64,000 bases of DNA from Escherichia coli (GCA_009729775.1 GCA_009729775.1_4081.1), one strand, 5' to 3'; shown: positions 36,094 to 46,489, numbered from the stretch's first letter. The notes: generated by a model not told the origin, from the letters alone. Translations and numbers: made by a program.

Positions 36094-36540
36094 TTATTTT
36101 TGATATGGGGTGTACTGATATTTTTCACAATCAGAAACAGTTAGGACACCTTCGTCATAACCATATTGAAGAACGAGGTCGAAAGCTTTATCAACCATAG
36201 CCACAACATCTTTATAACGAACAATTTTATGCGATTGATTCTCAACAGCTTTCATAATACCCATTAGTAGCCAACGTCCTTCATCTGTATGAAGTTTAGC
36301 AAAACGAGGTCGTTTAGTAGCTGCCATAATATCAGTCCATTCAGCTTTAAAAATGTGTGGACGTTTTGGAATATCATATAGTGTAGTAGGGAAAGTTACA
36401 TTATTTTTCTTCATTGCTTCTGCTTGGGCTGCACGATAACCCTGACGATATAATGGATGCTGCATTTTTAGTTGTTCAGCACTTAGAACTACTTTTGCTT
36501 TGTATGCGTCATAACCATCTTTATATTGTGCATTAGACAT
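36094..36540 (-). CDS. hypothetical protein (148 aa)
   Basis: ORF track. Confidence 0.6.
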   Translation of the reverse strand: MSNAQYKDGYDAYKAKVVLSAEQLKMQHPLYRQGYRAAQAEAMKKNNVTFPTTLYDIPKRPHIFKAEWTDIMAATKRPRFAKLHTDEGRWLLMGIMKAVENQSHKIVRYKDVVAMVDKAFDLVLQYGYDEGVLTVSDCEKYQYTPYQK

Positions 36541-36541
36541 A

Positions 36542-36859
36542 TTATTCTTTTACCTCATCAGTTTGAATGTATTTTTTATCAGAGAATGTACCGTGTTCTT
36601 TACGCATAGCTTCTGCATGTTGAACCGCATCAACTGGATTAATGTTCTTTTTAATTAGTACTTCTTTCATTAATTCAAGTACAATTGCAAAACCATTCAG
36701 TACACGCTCAGATTCATCCACGTTTTTTAATTCAAGTGCTACTGCACTAATTTGATCGAACGCAACATTAATAAAATCGGAATCTTCTAATACATTTGCA
36801 ACTTCAGTATTATTACGCACTAGTACTTTCATATAATCTCCACAAAGATGATGCCCCAT
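36542..36859 (-). CDS. hypothetical protein (105 aa)
   Basis: ORF track. Confidence 0.55.
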   Translation of the reverse strand: MGHHLCGDYMKVLVRNNTEVANVLEDSDFINVAFDQISAVALELKNVDESERVLNGFAIVLELMKEVLIKKNINPVDAVQHAEAMRKEHGTFSDKKYIQTDEVKE

Positions 36860-36880
36860 ATTGAGGCATCAAAAACCATC

Positions 36881-37576
36881 TTACACCCACTCTTCCACGC
36901 CACCGCGACGCTTAACTAAGTACTTACCTTCTTCATTGCGTGGCCCAAGAATAATACCATCGATGAAACCATGTTCACCATATTCAAGAGCTTCTTCTGC
37001 ATTTAGCCACAAATCACGGTCTGCATCTTTAAGTAGTTGTTCGTGTGTTACACCAACTGCTTCTGCAATTTCTTTAGTCAATAGAGTGTTTAGGGCATCA
37101 GAATGTTTAAGTGAAATCTTCTGGTCAGTAATTAGACCTTGTGTACCAGAACTTACTTGGTGACACATGAAATAAGAACGCTTACCACCTAAACGGAAAC
37201 CTTTAGTGCCAATTACAGATTGTGTATAGCAACCCATTGATGCTGCATAGCCCATTACTACTGTGCGAATTGGCGAAATACAAGACTTGGCAACATCTGC
37301 AATACCCAAACCTGCGTGTACTGAACCACCAGGAGAACTAATGTAAAATGTAATAGGGGAATCACCTTGTGAATCTAGCCAAACCAATTGTTGTTTGATG
37401 ATATGTGCCATTTGATCATTAAAGTCAGTATCAAGGAAAATGATACGGTCTTGCATCATTCGAGATGCTAGATCATATGTACGCTCTGACCCATTAACTT
37501 TTTCAACTACATAAGGAATAGAAATGTTACGTACTTCACCACCAGCATAACCACCAAAATTGAATTGTTCAACCAT
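36881..37576 (-). CDS. clpP: ClpP-like ATP-dependent protease proteolytic subunit (231 aa)
   Basis: YISSPGGSVHAGLGI ... MGYAASMGCY (Ser) ... YFMCHQVSSGTQG (His); not in a morphogenesis context. Confidence 0.8.
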   Translation of the reverse strand: MVEQFNFGGYAGGEVRNISIPYVVEKVNGSERTYDLASRMMQDRIIFLDTDFNDQMAHIIKQQLVWLDSQGDSPITFYISSPGGSVHAGLGIADVAKSCISPIRTVVMGYAASMGCYTQSVIGTKGFRLGGKRSYFMCHQVSSGTQGLITDQKISLKHSDALNTLLTKEIAEAVGVTHEQLLKDADRDLWLNAEEALEYGEHGFIDGIILGPRNEEGKYLVKRRGGVEEWV

Positions 37577-37640
37577 TATTAATTTCCTCTATTGTTTCAA
37601 TGTTGTGAGTATTATATCACTAAGATTTAAAATGTCCAAA

Positions 37641-38081
37641 CTATTTTACTGGAATATTTGAAAAGAAATCAGTCATCCAATACGCCGTCTCTTTGTTGAA
37701 TAATACTGGATCAAACTTAAGTAACTCAACATGACTTGTATCATACACGCTTGTATCGGTAATGTCAAACAAAGTTTTAGTACTGAATAGTGGATTACTC
37801 ACTAGAAAGTAGTAATCAGCAGTAGTGCTAATGTCATCATAAAACACACCGTCATACCATCCATCATCATATACATAAACAGAATCGTCATGAAGATAGT
37901 AAACTTCTATATGTAAACTCAAGTTCTTCATGGTTTCAATCATTTTTGCCGTATGAGGATTTAACTTATTGACATTTTCAAACACATAAGAGTGTTTTTT
38001 ATTCATATCAACAAATGAAAATATTCGTACTGAACGTATATTCATATTACTCCAAATAAACAAGTGAATTAATGAAATCAT
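37641..38081 (-). CDS. hypothetical protein (146 aa)
   Basis: ORF track. Confidence 0.55.
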   Translation of the reverse strand: MISLIHLFIWSNMNIRSVRIFSFVDMNKKHSYVFENVNKLNPHTAKMIETMKNLSLHIEVYYLHDDSVYVYDDGWYDGVFYDDISTTADYYFLVSNPLFSTKTLFDITDTSVYDTSHVELLKFDPVLFNKETAYWMTDFFSNIPVK

Positions 38082-38430
38082 ATTTCAATTTATCATCAAC
38101 ATAATTCAAATCAACTTTAATCATCGGAGCATGGGAACGTATAGACAGTGTTTCCATAAAGTACTGATTAAGTTTGTATGTATGGAAAAGATGAATATCT
38201 CGTTTCAACACCACCATTACTTCCCCGAACAGATCACAGAGTTCAACTTCAGTGTTAGTAGGGTCAAACCCATAACGATTCTTTAATGTACGTGGTTCTT
38301 TATTTCGATAATAATGCACAGCTTTATTACTATTCACTAACAAGTGATGATATGCATTACTATAAACTGAGCAAATAACTCGGCTTGGATAATTGGTATA
38401 TTCTGGTAGTTCAAAATAAATTAATGACAC
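38047..38430 (-). CDS. hypothetical protein (127 aa)
   Basis: ORF track. Confidence 0.5.
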   Translation of the reverse strand: MSLIYFELPEYTNYPSRVICSVYSNAYHHLLVNSNKAVHYYRNKEPRTLKNRYGFDPTNTEVELCDLFGEVMVVLKRDIHLFHTYKLNQYFMETLSIRSHAPMIKVDLNYVDDKLKYDFINSLVYLE

Positions 38431-38442
38431 AATATCCTCTCA

Positions 38443-39246
38443 TTAAATTTCAAATACAAATTTAGGATTGTAATCAAAATTCTCACAAGCTCCACTGTAT
38501 GATTCATAGCCTCGTGGATTACAAATGATACGTGTCTTACCAATGTGGTAGTCAAAGCTACTATGAACATGACCATGAATCCAAACATCAGCACCCAAAT
38601 CTTCAATGTACTGATCCATATCGGAACAGTAACAACCATTCAGTGAATCATTTTTATATTTTGGTGAAACACTTTGATAACTTGGTGCGTGATGGGTAAC
38701 CACGATGACCTTGAAATCATTATCATGCATAAAGCGAACTGTGTCAATAGAATTTTTGATAAATTGTTTATCTTTGTGATGCATAAACTCAGTATCATCT
38801 GGTGTCAGTTTCTTACGCCAAGGCTCTGATGTTGTTCCATGACGGATATGTTTGTAATCGTTCATCTTCAGACGAGCATCAAACTTCGTTAAAGAATTAC
38901 CTTTATCGAAGTCTGTCCACAGAGTACTACCAACAAGCAGTACTCCATCCAGCCATACAAATTTGTTTTGCAAAAAGATGAAATTTGGAATCTCATCTTG
39001 CATATCAGACAGTACTTTATGCGTTTTGTGGATATTGGAACCATAGTATTCGTGATTACCGGGAACCAGTACTACATTCTTAAACTGCTTACATAGTGAT
39101 TCGATGCCAGTACGGTAACGACTGCGTTTAACTTCATCGAAGTCCCCAGCAATAATCAGTACTACATCACTGTAATCACCGCTATGGAGGTAATCAGTTC
39201 CACCGTGTACGTCAGATGTTACAACAAATTTCATAATTACCCCCAA
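38443..39246 (-). CDS. calcineurin-like metallophosphoesterase (267 aa)
   Basis: TSDVHGG, GDF, GNHEYY, VTHHAP, GHVH motifs. Confidence 0.7.
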   Translation of the reverse strand: MGVIMKFVVTSDVHGGTDYLHSGDYSDVVLIIAGDFDEVKRSRYRTGIESLCKQFKNVVLVPGNHEYYGSNIHKTHKVLSDMQDEIPNFIFLQNKFVWLDGVLLVGSTLWTDFDKGNSLTKFDARLKMNDYKHIRHGTTSEPWRKKLTPDDTEFMHHKDKQFIKNSIDTVRFMHDNDFKVIVVTHHAPSYQSVSPKYKNDSLNGCYCSDMDQYIEDLGADVWIHGHVHSSFDYHIGKTRIICNPRGYESYSGACENFDYNPKFVFEI

Positions 39247-39253
39247 TAAATGG

Positions 39254-40672
39254 TTAACCTAATGCGTCAATAATACTGTTTGAGAATACTTCAACTGCAC
39301 TCTCACGAATTTCTAAGATACGAGTATAATCATCACAAGTGTTTTTGTCAAATCTAAATTCAATAAACACTGGTAAGAACAGTGATGGCTCACCAGTACG
39401 CTTGTCGAATACAATGTCATTACACTCAACTGTAACCACTTTACCAATAAGTTCTTGCATTCTTTCCCAAATGGTTTTAAATGTCCATTCAGCATCTTTC
39501 TCTTTGATACCAGTACCCACATTAACTTTCAATGAACCACAAGCACTTTCCAGTTGTAAAGAACCTAGGCTTCCTTTACGTTTACCTTCACCTTCATTGA
39601 AACCAACAATACGTAAGTCCAGTTGCATTTTCAATTTCATTTTCAACTGCTTCGGAGAAGTGTGAGATTTCCAGATGCCATCTTCACATTTCAGTACTGA
39701 ACCCTCTTCACCTTCGTTCATTAGTTCACTATTGTACTCAAATGCTTCTTTGATGTTTAGAACTTTACGGAATCCAACCATACGAACAAAATCACTATTG
39801 AGTTCGTTAATTGCATCTACTAAGATCTCGCGACGTTCTTTACGTTTTACATCCCATACGCCTTCACAAAATGCATCATATGGAACAACATCCCATAGAA
39901 CGAATACAGTACGCATTGCTTCATTCTGACTGATGCTATCTTTTCCAGCTTTCTGAATTATACCGTTGCCAGTAGTGCGTGGGAGAATTGTTTCCCCATC
40001 ATTGTCCAGTACTACACCTTCACCCATAAAGACTACACCACTACTAAAACGTTCATCTTTACTTTGGATGATGTGAGCAAGACCTGCCATCTCACCATCT
40101 CGACAACCCAGGAAGTCGTATAGTTTACCATTACGGGATGTAGAAGTTAATGAACCATTAATGACAACGTGGTTCAAGTACTGACCATCCATTTTCACTT
40201 CTGATATAGCATAACCATAATCTTTGAAGTTAATGTTCTTTGCAGTCTTTTTGTCAATCAAAGAACAACGCATATATGGTTCGTCTTTGATGAATCCTTT
40301 ACCAAACACATCATTGCAGTTTTTCTCCTGAATACCACAATCAAGGTTCTTCGTGAGCATTTTACGAAGAACTTCCTGGTCATCTTCTGATACAGAACCC
40401 AGTACTGAAGCAATGAAATCACGCCCAGCATTTCCTGTCACGCCACGCTTGTAAATGCATTCTAGCTTATCAATTGCTTCATCTAACGTCATATGTTGAT
40501 ATACGTCATCAGCGTCAGGGAGCTTCTTATAGCCACTTACGATAGAAGGGTCTAGAGTATATTTCAGTACTTTTTGTAAAGTTACATTATCTTTATTTTG
40601 TTCAAGAATAGCTTTTTTGCCTAGTGTACTGCTAGTATTTTTAATGCTTTCAAGAATTGCTAAAATGCTCAT
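39254..40672 (-). CDS. ATP-dependent DNA ligase (472 aa)
   Basis: nucleotidyltransferase motif I EVKMDG (lysine adenylation site); size and architecture like T4 gp30; AAGGA RBS. Confidence 0.85.
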   Translation of the reverse strand: MSILAILESIKNTSSTLGKKAILEQNKDNVTLQKVLKYTLDPSIVSGYKKLPDADDVYQHMTLDEAIDKLECIYKRGVTGNAGRDFIASVLGSVSEDDQEVLRKMLTKNLDCGIQEKNCNDVFGKGFIKDEPYMRCSLIDKKTAKNINFKDYGYAISEVKMDGQYLNHVVINGSLTSTSRNGKLYDFLGCRDGEMAGLAHIIQSKDERFSSGVVFMGEGVVLDNDGETILPRTTGNGIIQKAGKDSISQNEAMRTVFVLWDVVPYDAFCEGVWDVKRKERREILVDAINELNSDFVRMVGFRKVLNIKEAFEYNSELMNEGEEGSVLKCEDGIWKSHTSPKQLKMKLKMQLDLRIVGFNEGEGKRKGSLGSLQLESACGSLKVNVGTGIKEKDAEWTFKTIWERMQELIGKVVTVECNDIVFDKRTGEPSLFLPVFIEFRFDKNTCDDYTRILEIRESAVEVFSNSIIDALG

Positions 40673-40683
40673 TGTATATTCCT

Positions 40684-41886
40684 TTATAGATAATACTTTC
40701 CAATATAAAGTGGATTACTAATTGATAGTTGAACGTGACATGGTTTGTCTTGGTAGTAACGAGTGCTTGATGTTTTGCGTTCATTTGGTGGGAAGAATGG
40801 GGAACGATAGCCATTCCATGTACTAAATGATGAGTGTTCATTAATATCAACATCCATTACCATAATCCCATTATCATCAATTTGAACCGGATATGCACTA
40901 AAGCGTTCAAATTTATCATTATAATGGATATTATAATCTCCACTACGCCCATAATAACTACGCGTTGTATTATTACTTACACCAAAAAATACGCGATATG
41001 TTTGTTCATTATCTTTAGTCATAAATGGTACGTTCTCATTGAAACGTCCATTATTCATAAGATCATCAACATTTATTTCTTCGTATTTAATTTTAAGGTC
41101 TTTTGCTTTAAATGATTTATTGTGTACCAGTACTGGAATGTTAGATTCACCTAATGGGTTATGTCTGTTTGTTCTATAGCTTTGCCAAAATTCATTAGCA
41201 AGTTTAATTTCTTCATCTGCCGTAGTCTTCTTATTCAAGAGTGCACGAGGTTCCAGATTGTAATTATCCAAACGTTGATTCAATGCATAAGTTCCACGAG
41301 TACTGTTAAAAAGTAAATGATAAACTGAACTCTTATCGGGATATGCAAATTCCTTAGTTTTCTTTATACAAATTGCATGTACTTTACCGCAGTAATAGTA
41401 ATCTTCTTTAAGATAAGTGAAACCATCACCAACTTTAAGACCTGCTACAGTTTCTTTTTGTTGTTCTTTTTTATTTTCTTTTTCAACTAACTTAGCAAAC
41501 GTTTTTGTTTTACCATTAATTAATTCTAAGTTATTGTTGAAAAACATTGGGTCTACAAAAACACCTTTGATTATATCGTTATTGATAATTAAATCATTCA
41601 TGTTTTTTGCACTAATCATAAATTCAAATCCTTCTGGGTGACGGATTGTGAAATATGTTTCTCGTGCATGAGTTGTTAATTTATCAACTACACAAAATCC
41701 CGTAGTTGGAACGTTGTCAATATATAACGATGGAAGATTGTTCTTCTTTGCCCAGTACTCTGCTCTCTCTTTCTTTGTTTCAAACGCTTTTGTATGTGAT
41801 TTTGTTGCATCGATAATAAAACCATCAACTTGGTTGTGGTTTACATAGGAACGTGCAACAAATAACTTCTCTGGAAAATCCATCAA
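40684..41886 (-). CDS. hypothetical protein (400 aa)
   Basis: ORF track. Confidence 0.6.
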   Translation of the reverse strand: MMDFPEKLFVARSYVNHNQVDGFIIDATKSHTKAFETKKERAEYWAKKNNLPSLYIDNVPTTGFCVVDKLTTHARETYFTIRHPEGFEFMISAKNMNDLIINNDIIKGVFVDPMFFNNNLELINGKTKTFAKLVEKENKKEQQKETVAGLKVGDGFTYLKEDYYYCGKVHAICIKKTKEFAYPDKSSVYHLLFNSTRGTYALNQRLDNYNLEPRALLNKKTTADEEIKLANEFWQSYRTNRHNPLGESNIPVLVHNKSFKAKDLKIKYEEINVDDLMNNGRFNENVPFMTKDNEQTYRVFFGVSNNTTRSYYGRSGDYNIHYNDKFERFSAYPVQIDDNGIMVMDVDINEHSSFSTWNGYRSPFFPPNERKTSSTRYYQDKPCHVQLSISNPLYIGKYYL

Positions 41887-42302
41887 ATAGTCCTCATTGT
41901 ACTGATTGCTTTTAATGTGTCAAACAATGCACCATATTTTACTTGCATTAGTTGATCACCAGCAGGAAGATTCATACGCATAACAGCCATGTCTTCAATC
42001 ATTTCAGACGTACACAGTACTGCTACACAGGTAATAGCATCATTCAATCCAGCTTCATTGAATTTGGCAAACGGAACTTTTCCCTGTTTGCTGAGGTTGT
42101 TATAATAAGAATTTAACTTATCATGTCCACCAGCATTTAGTACTACAATAGTTTCGTGTTCATTGTACCATTCATCAATAATAGTACTGAAAGCAGTACC
42201 TTCATATTCTTTAATTAGTTTAACACCAGCATGGAATGCTTGAATACCAGCTTGGACACCCTGGCAGTACATATTGGTTAAGCAATATAATTTCATTTCC
42301 AT
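41883..42302 (-). CDS. hypothetical protein (139 aa)
   Basis: ORF track. Confidence 0.55.
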   Translation of the reverse strand: MEMKLYCLTNMYCQGVQAGIQAFHAGVKLIKEYEGTAFSTIIDEWYNEHETIVVLNAGGHDKLNSYYNNLSKQGKVPFAKFNEAGLNDAITCVAVLCTSEMIEDMAVMRMNLPAGDQLMQVKYGALFDTLKAISTMRTI

Positions 42303-42520
42303 ACCTCTTGTTTTTCTACGTAGCCTTTCCCATCACAGTGTGGACAAGCATAAAAGCTGCGGTAATCTTCTGACGGTACTTGTTGTGTTCCATTACATGT
42401 AGGACATACTTTACGTGCACCCGAAATAATACGTTCATGGTGTTCAGCTTGTTTAGCTGAATCAAAAATACGACCATCTTCAGTTTGGTATTTTTCTACC
42501 ATAACTTGAATTACTTTCAT
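42293..42520 (-). CDS. small zinc-ribbon protein (75 aa)
   Basis: CPTC ... CPHC. Confidence 0.5.
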   Translation of the reverse strand: MKVIQVMVEKYQTEDGRIFDSAKQAEHHERIISGARKVCPTCNGTQQVPSEDYRSFYACPHCDGKGYVEKQEVWK

Positions 42521-42530
42521 TTCTATTTCC

Positions 42531-42800
42531 TTATAAAAATGTTAAATCTTCAGTACTTAATTGTGATAATTTACCATCATATTCAATTTCAACATATACA
42601 TTTTGGTCATAAACAGCAACTACACGTTTAATAACTCCAACCTTCACGACATTCTTTTTGTAGTTGAACTCAACTGAACAACCAATAAGTTTATTTGATA
42701 GAATCTCACGTATTTGATTTGCATGATCTTTTAGGATAGAATTAATAGATTTTTTCATAATATATCTATCATTCAAATATTTTTTAACTACATCATGCAT
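42531..42800 (-). CDS. small protein, member of dispersed paralog family (89 aa)
   Basis: core L.....KLIGCSVEF like other ~85-100 aa ORFs. Confidence 0.5.
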   Translation of the reverse strand: MHDVVKKYLNDRYIMKKSINSILKDHANQIREILSNKLIGCSVEFNYKKNVVKVGVIKRVVAVYDQNVYVEIEYDGKLSQLSTEDLTFL

Positions 42801-42805
42801 AATTA

Positions 42806-43564
42806 TTACCTTTTGAAACGATTGAATGAGTACTCATCTTTTTCTTTACGTAAGTATCTCATTCCACCACTTTGTGGAGTAGCGAGAGTTAAGTCACCCG
42901 TCAAGAACTGACTATCAATCCATATGCGATTTCCGTAAATGAGTGGGTCTGTAACTGCTGTATGTCCACTAAAGACACAATGCACTCCATCTAACTTAGG
43001 TGCATAATATGTATTATTAGTTCTACAATAATCGAATGTTTTTCTATCCCACAAGCACTTATCAATTATATCAGCACTAAGTGATTTTGTCCCATTGACA
43101 AATCGTTCCCATGTTGTATATTCCAACGGAACTCCAGCATGAACTAACCCAATCTTCAATCCTCGGTGATTGATTTGGATAATCATAGGGAGATCCTTTA
43201 AGTACTGACGAAAGAATTGAATGCCTGTTCCCCCAACTTCATCAAGGAATTTATCACCACCATTACTTATCCAACAGTGATACCAATCTCGAAGTGTTTC
43301 CGAATCAACGCACATCATCTCATGATTACCAGCAATCATGTAACGATTTTCTCCGAACAAAAATTCAAAAAGGAGCTTTGAATTTTGTTCTCCACGGTCG
43401 ATAATATCACCTACACTGAAAACATAATCATTGTGTGTAATACCAAATTCTTTCACTGTAGCATCCCATAGTTTACCATTACCATGCAAATCACCTACAA
43501 TGTATAAATCTTTATCATCAGGTACGGTTACTTCTAAGAAGTGTTTCATTATTACTCCAACCAT
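42806..43564 (-). CDS. Ser/Thr protein phosphatase, lambda-PPase-like metallophosphatase (252 aa)
   Basis: GDLHGN, GDIIDRG, GNHE motifs; true start probably the internal MKHF. Confidence 0.75.
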   Translation of the reverse strand: MVGVIMKHFLEVTVPDDKDLYIVGDLHGNGKLWDATVKEFGITHNDYVFSVGDIIDRGEQNSKLLFEFLFGENRYMIAGNHEMMCVDSETLRDWYHCWISNGGDKFLDEVGGTGIQFFRQYLKDLPMIIQINHRGLKIGLVHAGVPLEYTTWERFVNGTKSLSADIIDKCLWDRKTFDYCRTNNTYYAPKLDGVHCVFSGHTAVTDPLIYGNRIWIDSQFLTGDLTLATPQSGGMRYLRKEKDEYSFNRFKR

Positions 43565-43803
43565 ATAATATTAGTGTGTTTAGTAACTTGTGTTCCAGCA
43601 AAAGAACCATCTTTAAGATAAGTATTAATTTTAAAACGCCATTCACCCCCACTAATATACATATCAGTAATAATATACTTTCCATACCCTCTGGAGTTTA
43701 TTAATCGTACTTCTTGACCAATATATTTTGGCTTCAGATCATTTATAAAATCATCAGCCAAAGACATAAGATATCGCAAATGTGATAAGTCGGTGTTGAA
43801 CAT
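43552..43803 (-). CDS. small protein, paralog family (83 aa)
   Basis: KPKYIGQEVRLI core. Confidence 0.5.
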   Translation of the reverse strand: MFNTDLSHLRYLMSLADDFINDLKPKYIGQEVRLINSRGYGKYIITDMYISGGEWRFKINTYLKDGSFAGTQVTKHTNIIWLE

Positions 43804-44018
43804 TATTTCTTTCTCTTATATTTGTTAATAATATCTTGGGTAAGTGAAATAAAAATATATACTAACGTTACAGGCCAAATAATAGCCATCAGTGCTGCTG
43901 TTTGGAGATTCATGATAATCATGATTTCATCTTTAAAACAACCCCAATTAAGTACTAGAAAGTTGGTTATAAATGTAACAAATGCTACAAAACCATATAT
44001 TGCAAAAAATGTTATCAT
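43803..44018 (-). CDS. small membrane protein (71 aa)
   Basis: two hydrophobic helices. Confidence 0.45.
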   Translation of the reverse strand: MITFFAIYGFVAFVTFITNFLVLNWGCFKDEIMIIMNLQTAALMAIIWPVTLVYIFISLTQDIINKYKRKK

Positions 44019-44020
44019 AA

Positions 44021-44350
44021 TTATTCCTCATCATCCACTAAAACAAGATAATCCAAACTTAACTCGGTATCTATGTAACAATCACAATTCAAGTACTCAA
44101 TTTCAGCACCTATAGTTCTCCCATTCTTAAATATCTCAATGATTTTCATTCTAGTATTGGGATTAATGTGTTCAATGTCGTATTCGTATTCAGGGTCAAT
44201 ATACTCACTTGTCATACGTTTGATGTATTGTTCCGAATATCGTACAGTTTTACCTATAAGATCATTACTCAACGTCTGATAAAAATCATCTTGAATTTTG
44301 AATAATGACCTATAAAAAATATTATGTTGAATTAGTGGTTTCATTGACAT
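44021..44350 (-). CDS. small protein, paralog family (109 aa)
   Basis: SNDLIGKTVRYS core. Confidence 0.5.
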   Translation of the reverse strand: MSMKPLIQHNIFYRSLFKIQDDFYQTLSNDLIGKTVRYSEQYIKRMTSEYIDPEYEYDIEHINPNTRMKIIEIFKNGRTIGAEIEYLNCDCYIDTELSLDYLVLVDDEE

Positions 44351-44979
44351 TAATCACAACTTCCAGACGATGAACTTGAATCAGAACTAGAGCTATCATA
44401 GGAACAAGAATCAGAGGAAGAACTGCTGTGACGGCTATAATCACTGTAATCATCATTGTTGTAGATTGGTGATGTTACGATTGCTGCTGCGGTCGCTGCC
44501 GTTGCAATTTGTGCAGTATGGTCATGAACACCTAGTTGTGGTTCATCCTTAGATTTACCTTTGTTCTTACCTTTAGTGTAACGAGCTTTCTTTGCAGTTT
44601 TAGTATTTTTCTGTACTTTAGGAGCTTTTGGTTTCACATCTTCAACTACTGGAACTACATTCACTACAACTTTAGGATCAGTTTCTTCAAGTGTATTATA
44701 CACTTTAACTTGCATTTGAACTTCAACTTCTTTAACTTCTTCTTTAACTTCTGGAATAACTGTTTCTGGTGCTGGAGTGATTTTATCAAGTTCTTTAGTA
44801 ATAAAGAAGCTTGTATTTTTCTCACCTAGCATAACAAGAAGACCAATGGCAATCACTGGACTTAGTACTGTACCAAGTACTACATAACCTAGAACACTTC
44901 TGTTATAGTTATATGCAAGCATACCAGAAATAATAATACCGATTACATATGCACTGCTAAGAATAATTGGGGTTAACAT
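44350..44979 (-). CDS. membrane protein with low-complexity linker and Ser/Cys-rich C-terminus (209 aa)
   Basis: two N-terminal TM helices; PKV/KEV-rich repeats; C-terminus SSSSSDSCSYDSSSSDSSSSSGSCD. Confidence 0.55.
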   Translation of the reverse strand: MLTPIILSSAYVIGIIISGMLAYNYNRSVLGYVVLGTVLSPVIAIGLLVMLGEKNTSFFITKELDKITPAPETVIPEVKEEVKEVEVQMQVKVYNTLEETDPKVVVNVVPVVEDVKPKAPKVQKNTKTAKKARYTKGKNKGKSKDEPQLGVHDHTAQIATAATAAAIVTSPIYNNDDYSDYSRHSSSSSDSCSYDSSSSDSSSSSGSCD

Positions 44980-45283
44980 ATTCTACTCCTTTGTATATAA
45001 ATTTACTAACTTCTTCGATGTATAAAGACGTTCCTGAACGTTCATTTAGAACTAACCAAGCACCAAAACCACATCGAATCTCGGATATATGAAACTCTTC
45101 TACACTATAATTTGAATACGCGTTAAATGGACATATTTCATCAGATATACTTACCACATAGTTATTATTAATTGAATCTAACACCTGGGTATTGTATAAA
45201 TTATTAGTACTGAAAATCTGCATTAACGAGCTAGAAAGCATCTCGGTTGTCTTTTCTAATATTGTTAAAAACGAACCATTCAC
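44957..45283 (-). CDS. hypothetical protein (108 aa)
   Basis: ORF track; promoter-like TGATATAAT upstream. Confidence 0.5.
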   Translation of the reverse strand: MNGSFLTILEKTTEMLSSSLMQIFSTNNLYNTQVLDSINNNYVVSISDEICPFNAYSNYSVEEFHISEIRCGFGAWLVLNERSGTSLYIEEVSKFIYKGVEYVNPNYS

Positions 45284-45314
45284 TTCAACTTCTCCCTATT
45301 GGTGATGTAATCAA

Positions 45315-45323
45315 ATTATATCA
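45315..45323 (-). promoter_or_regulatory. extended -10 element TGATATAAT
   Basis: ~32 nt upstream of ATG of 44957..45283. Confidence 0.35.
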
Positions 45324-45340
45324 CCGAATTCTGATACGTC

Positions 45341-45646
45341 TCATGATATTCGCATTTCATCTATATATAATGAACATGATTCAGAATTATCGTCTAAACT
45401 TAAACCTAAATCGACCATTAAACCACAATGCGTTCCCCAGAATTTTTTTATGTATAGTTTTTTGCTACTATTACCTAAATCATAAACATATTCATTTTTA
45501 AACATACTTTTTAATTCTTCACATATACATTTTACTATCTTCATTAATTGATTATGATATTCGTATGGTATCCCATCAAGTTCGTTAATTATTAATGCAA
45601 AACCATTATCATAGTACTTTAGCTTATTGAATGTTTGTATATCCAT
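45341..45646 (-). CDS. hypothetical protein (101 aa)
   Basis: ORF track. Confidence 0.5.
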   Translation of the reverse strand: MDIQTFNKLKYYDNGFALIINELDGIPYEYHNQLMKIVKCICEELKSMFKNEYVYDLGNSSKKLYIKKFWGTHCGLMVDLGLSLDDNSESCSLYIDEMRIS

Positions 45647-45943
45647 TTAATATATAATCTCACTAGCTTCTATTGTGTAGACACCATCATCAGTCATTAA
45701 TCTTACTGCAACTTTAATATTACTAGACATTCGTGTAACTATCAATCCAATAATTATACCATTCTTTAAAGTACCATTATGGTATCTAACTTTTACTTCA
45801 GTTTTATTATCAATTAAGTATCTTCTAATTATGTGTATTTCATTTCTGAATAATTCTAAAAAAGCTTCACTATTTTCTTTATCTGACCCGTCTGAACACC
45901 AGTACAATAAATTTACTTGTTCAAATAATTTTTTTATATTCAT
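45647..45943 (-). CDS. hypothetical protein (98 aa)
   Basis: ORF track. Confidence 0.5.
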   Translation of the reverse strand: MNIKKLFEQVNLLYWCSDGSDKENSEAFLELFRNEIHIIRRYLIDNKTEVKVRYHNGTLKNGIIIGLIVTRMSSNIKVAVRLMTDDGVYTIEASEIIY

Positions 45944-46299
45944 AAAAATCTCACAGATTTAATATTACTGGTTACATGATTTACCCAAGTGTTATCGAAC
46001 TTGTAAACAATTGTATTAAGTGATTTATGAAAATTAACCTCGCACACTAATGCCTTGGAACCATTGATTGTACAGACCGTGGATGGTAAGTTGTTTGCTA
46101 ATATCTCTTTTTCATCTAAACAAAGTGAACTAATACAATCATAATAGAGAGGTTCAAGAACTTTTTCAGTACTGAGAAATTCAAAAGAAAGATCATCTAT
46201 TAGTTTTATGTAATCGAATAAATTATGATAATATTCATTCATTGTAGATCCTTTTAAATTTAGCATTATTAGAATATGTATATGAATGACCAAAATCAT
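45940..46299 (-). CDS. hypothetical protein (119 aa)
   Basis: ORF track. Confidence 0.5.
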   Translation of the reverse strand: MILVIHIHILIMLNLKGSTMNEYYHNLFDYIKLIDDLSFEFLSTEKVLEPLYYDCISSLCLDEKEILANNLPSTVCTINGSKALVCEVNFHKSLNTIVYKFDNTWVNHVTSNIKSVRFL

Positions 46300-46489
46300 T
46301 TACACCATGTACATTTAGTACACCGTCACTGAAATAAATTCGATCAATAGTGAGTTCACGTTTATAATCCCAATCATCATACCAGCACAGAACACGAATA
46401 CCTTTGTACTTTGTAGTTAAATCATTTTCTAATATAGTCAAGTAATCAATATGACTTTTGAATATCTCTAAGTCCTGCTCAAACATCAT
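46235..46489 (-). CDS. small protein, paralog family (84 aa)
   Basis: TTKYKGIRVLCW core. Confidence 0.5.
   Translation of the reverse strand: MMFEQDLEIFKSHIDYLTILENDLTTKYKGIRVLCWYDDWDYKRELTIDRIYFSDGVLNVHGVNDFGHSYTYSNNAKFKRIYNE

Noticed and set aside
36881-37576. ClpP as prohead maturation protease
   Set aside because: The gene sits among nucleotide-metabolism and early-type genes with no portal, scaffold or capsid gene nearby, so a morphogenetic role is not supported by context; it cannot be excluded without the rest of the genome.
41883-42302. Possible peptidyl-tRNA hydrolase (PTH2)-like fold for ORF 41883..42302
   Set aside because: Based on one short motif resemblance only; too weak to annotate.
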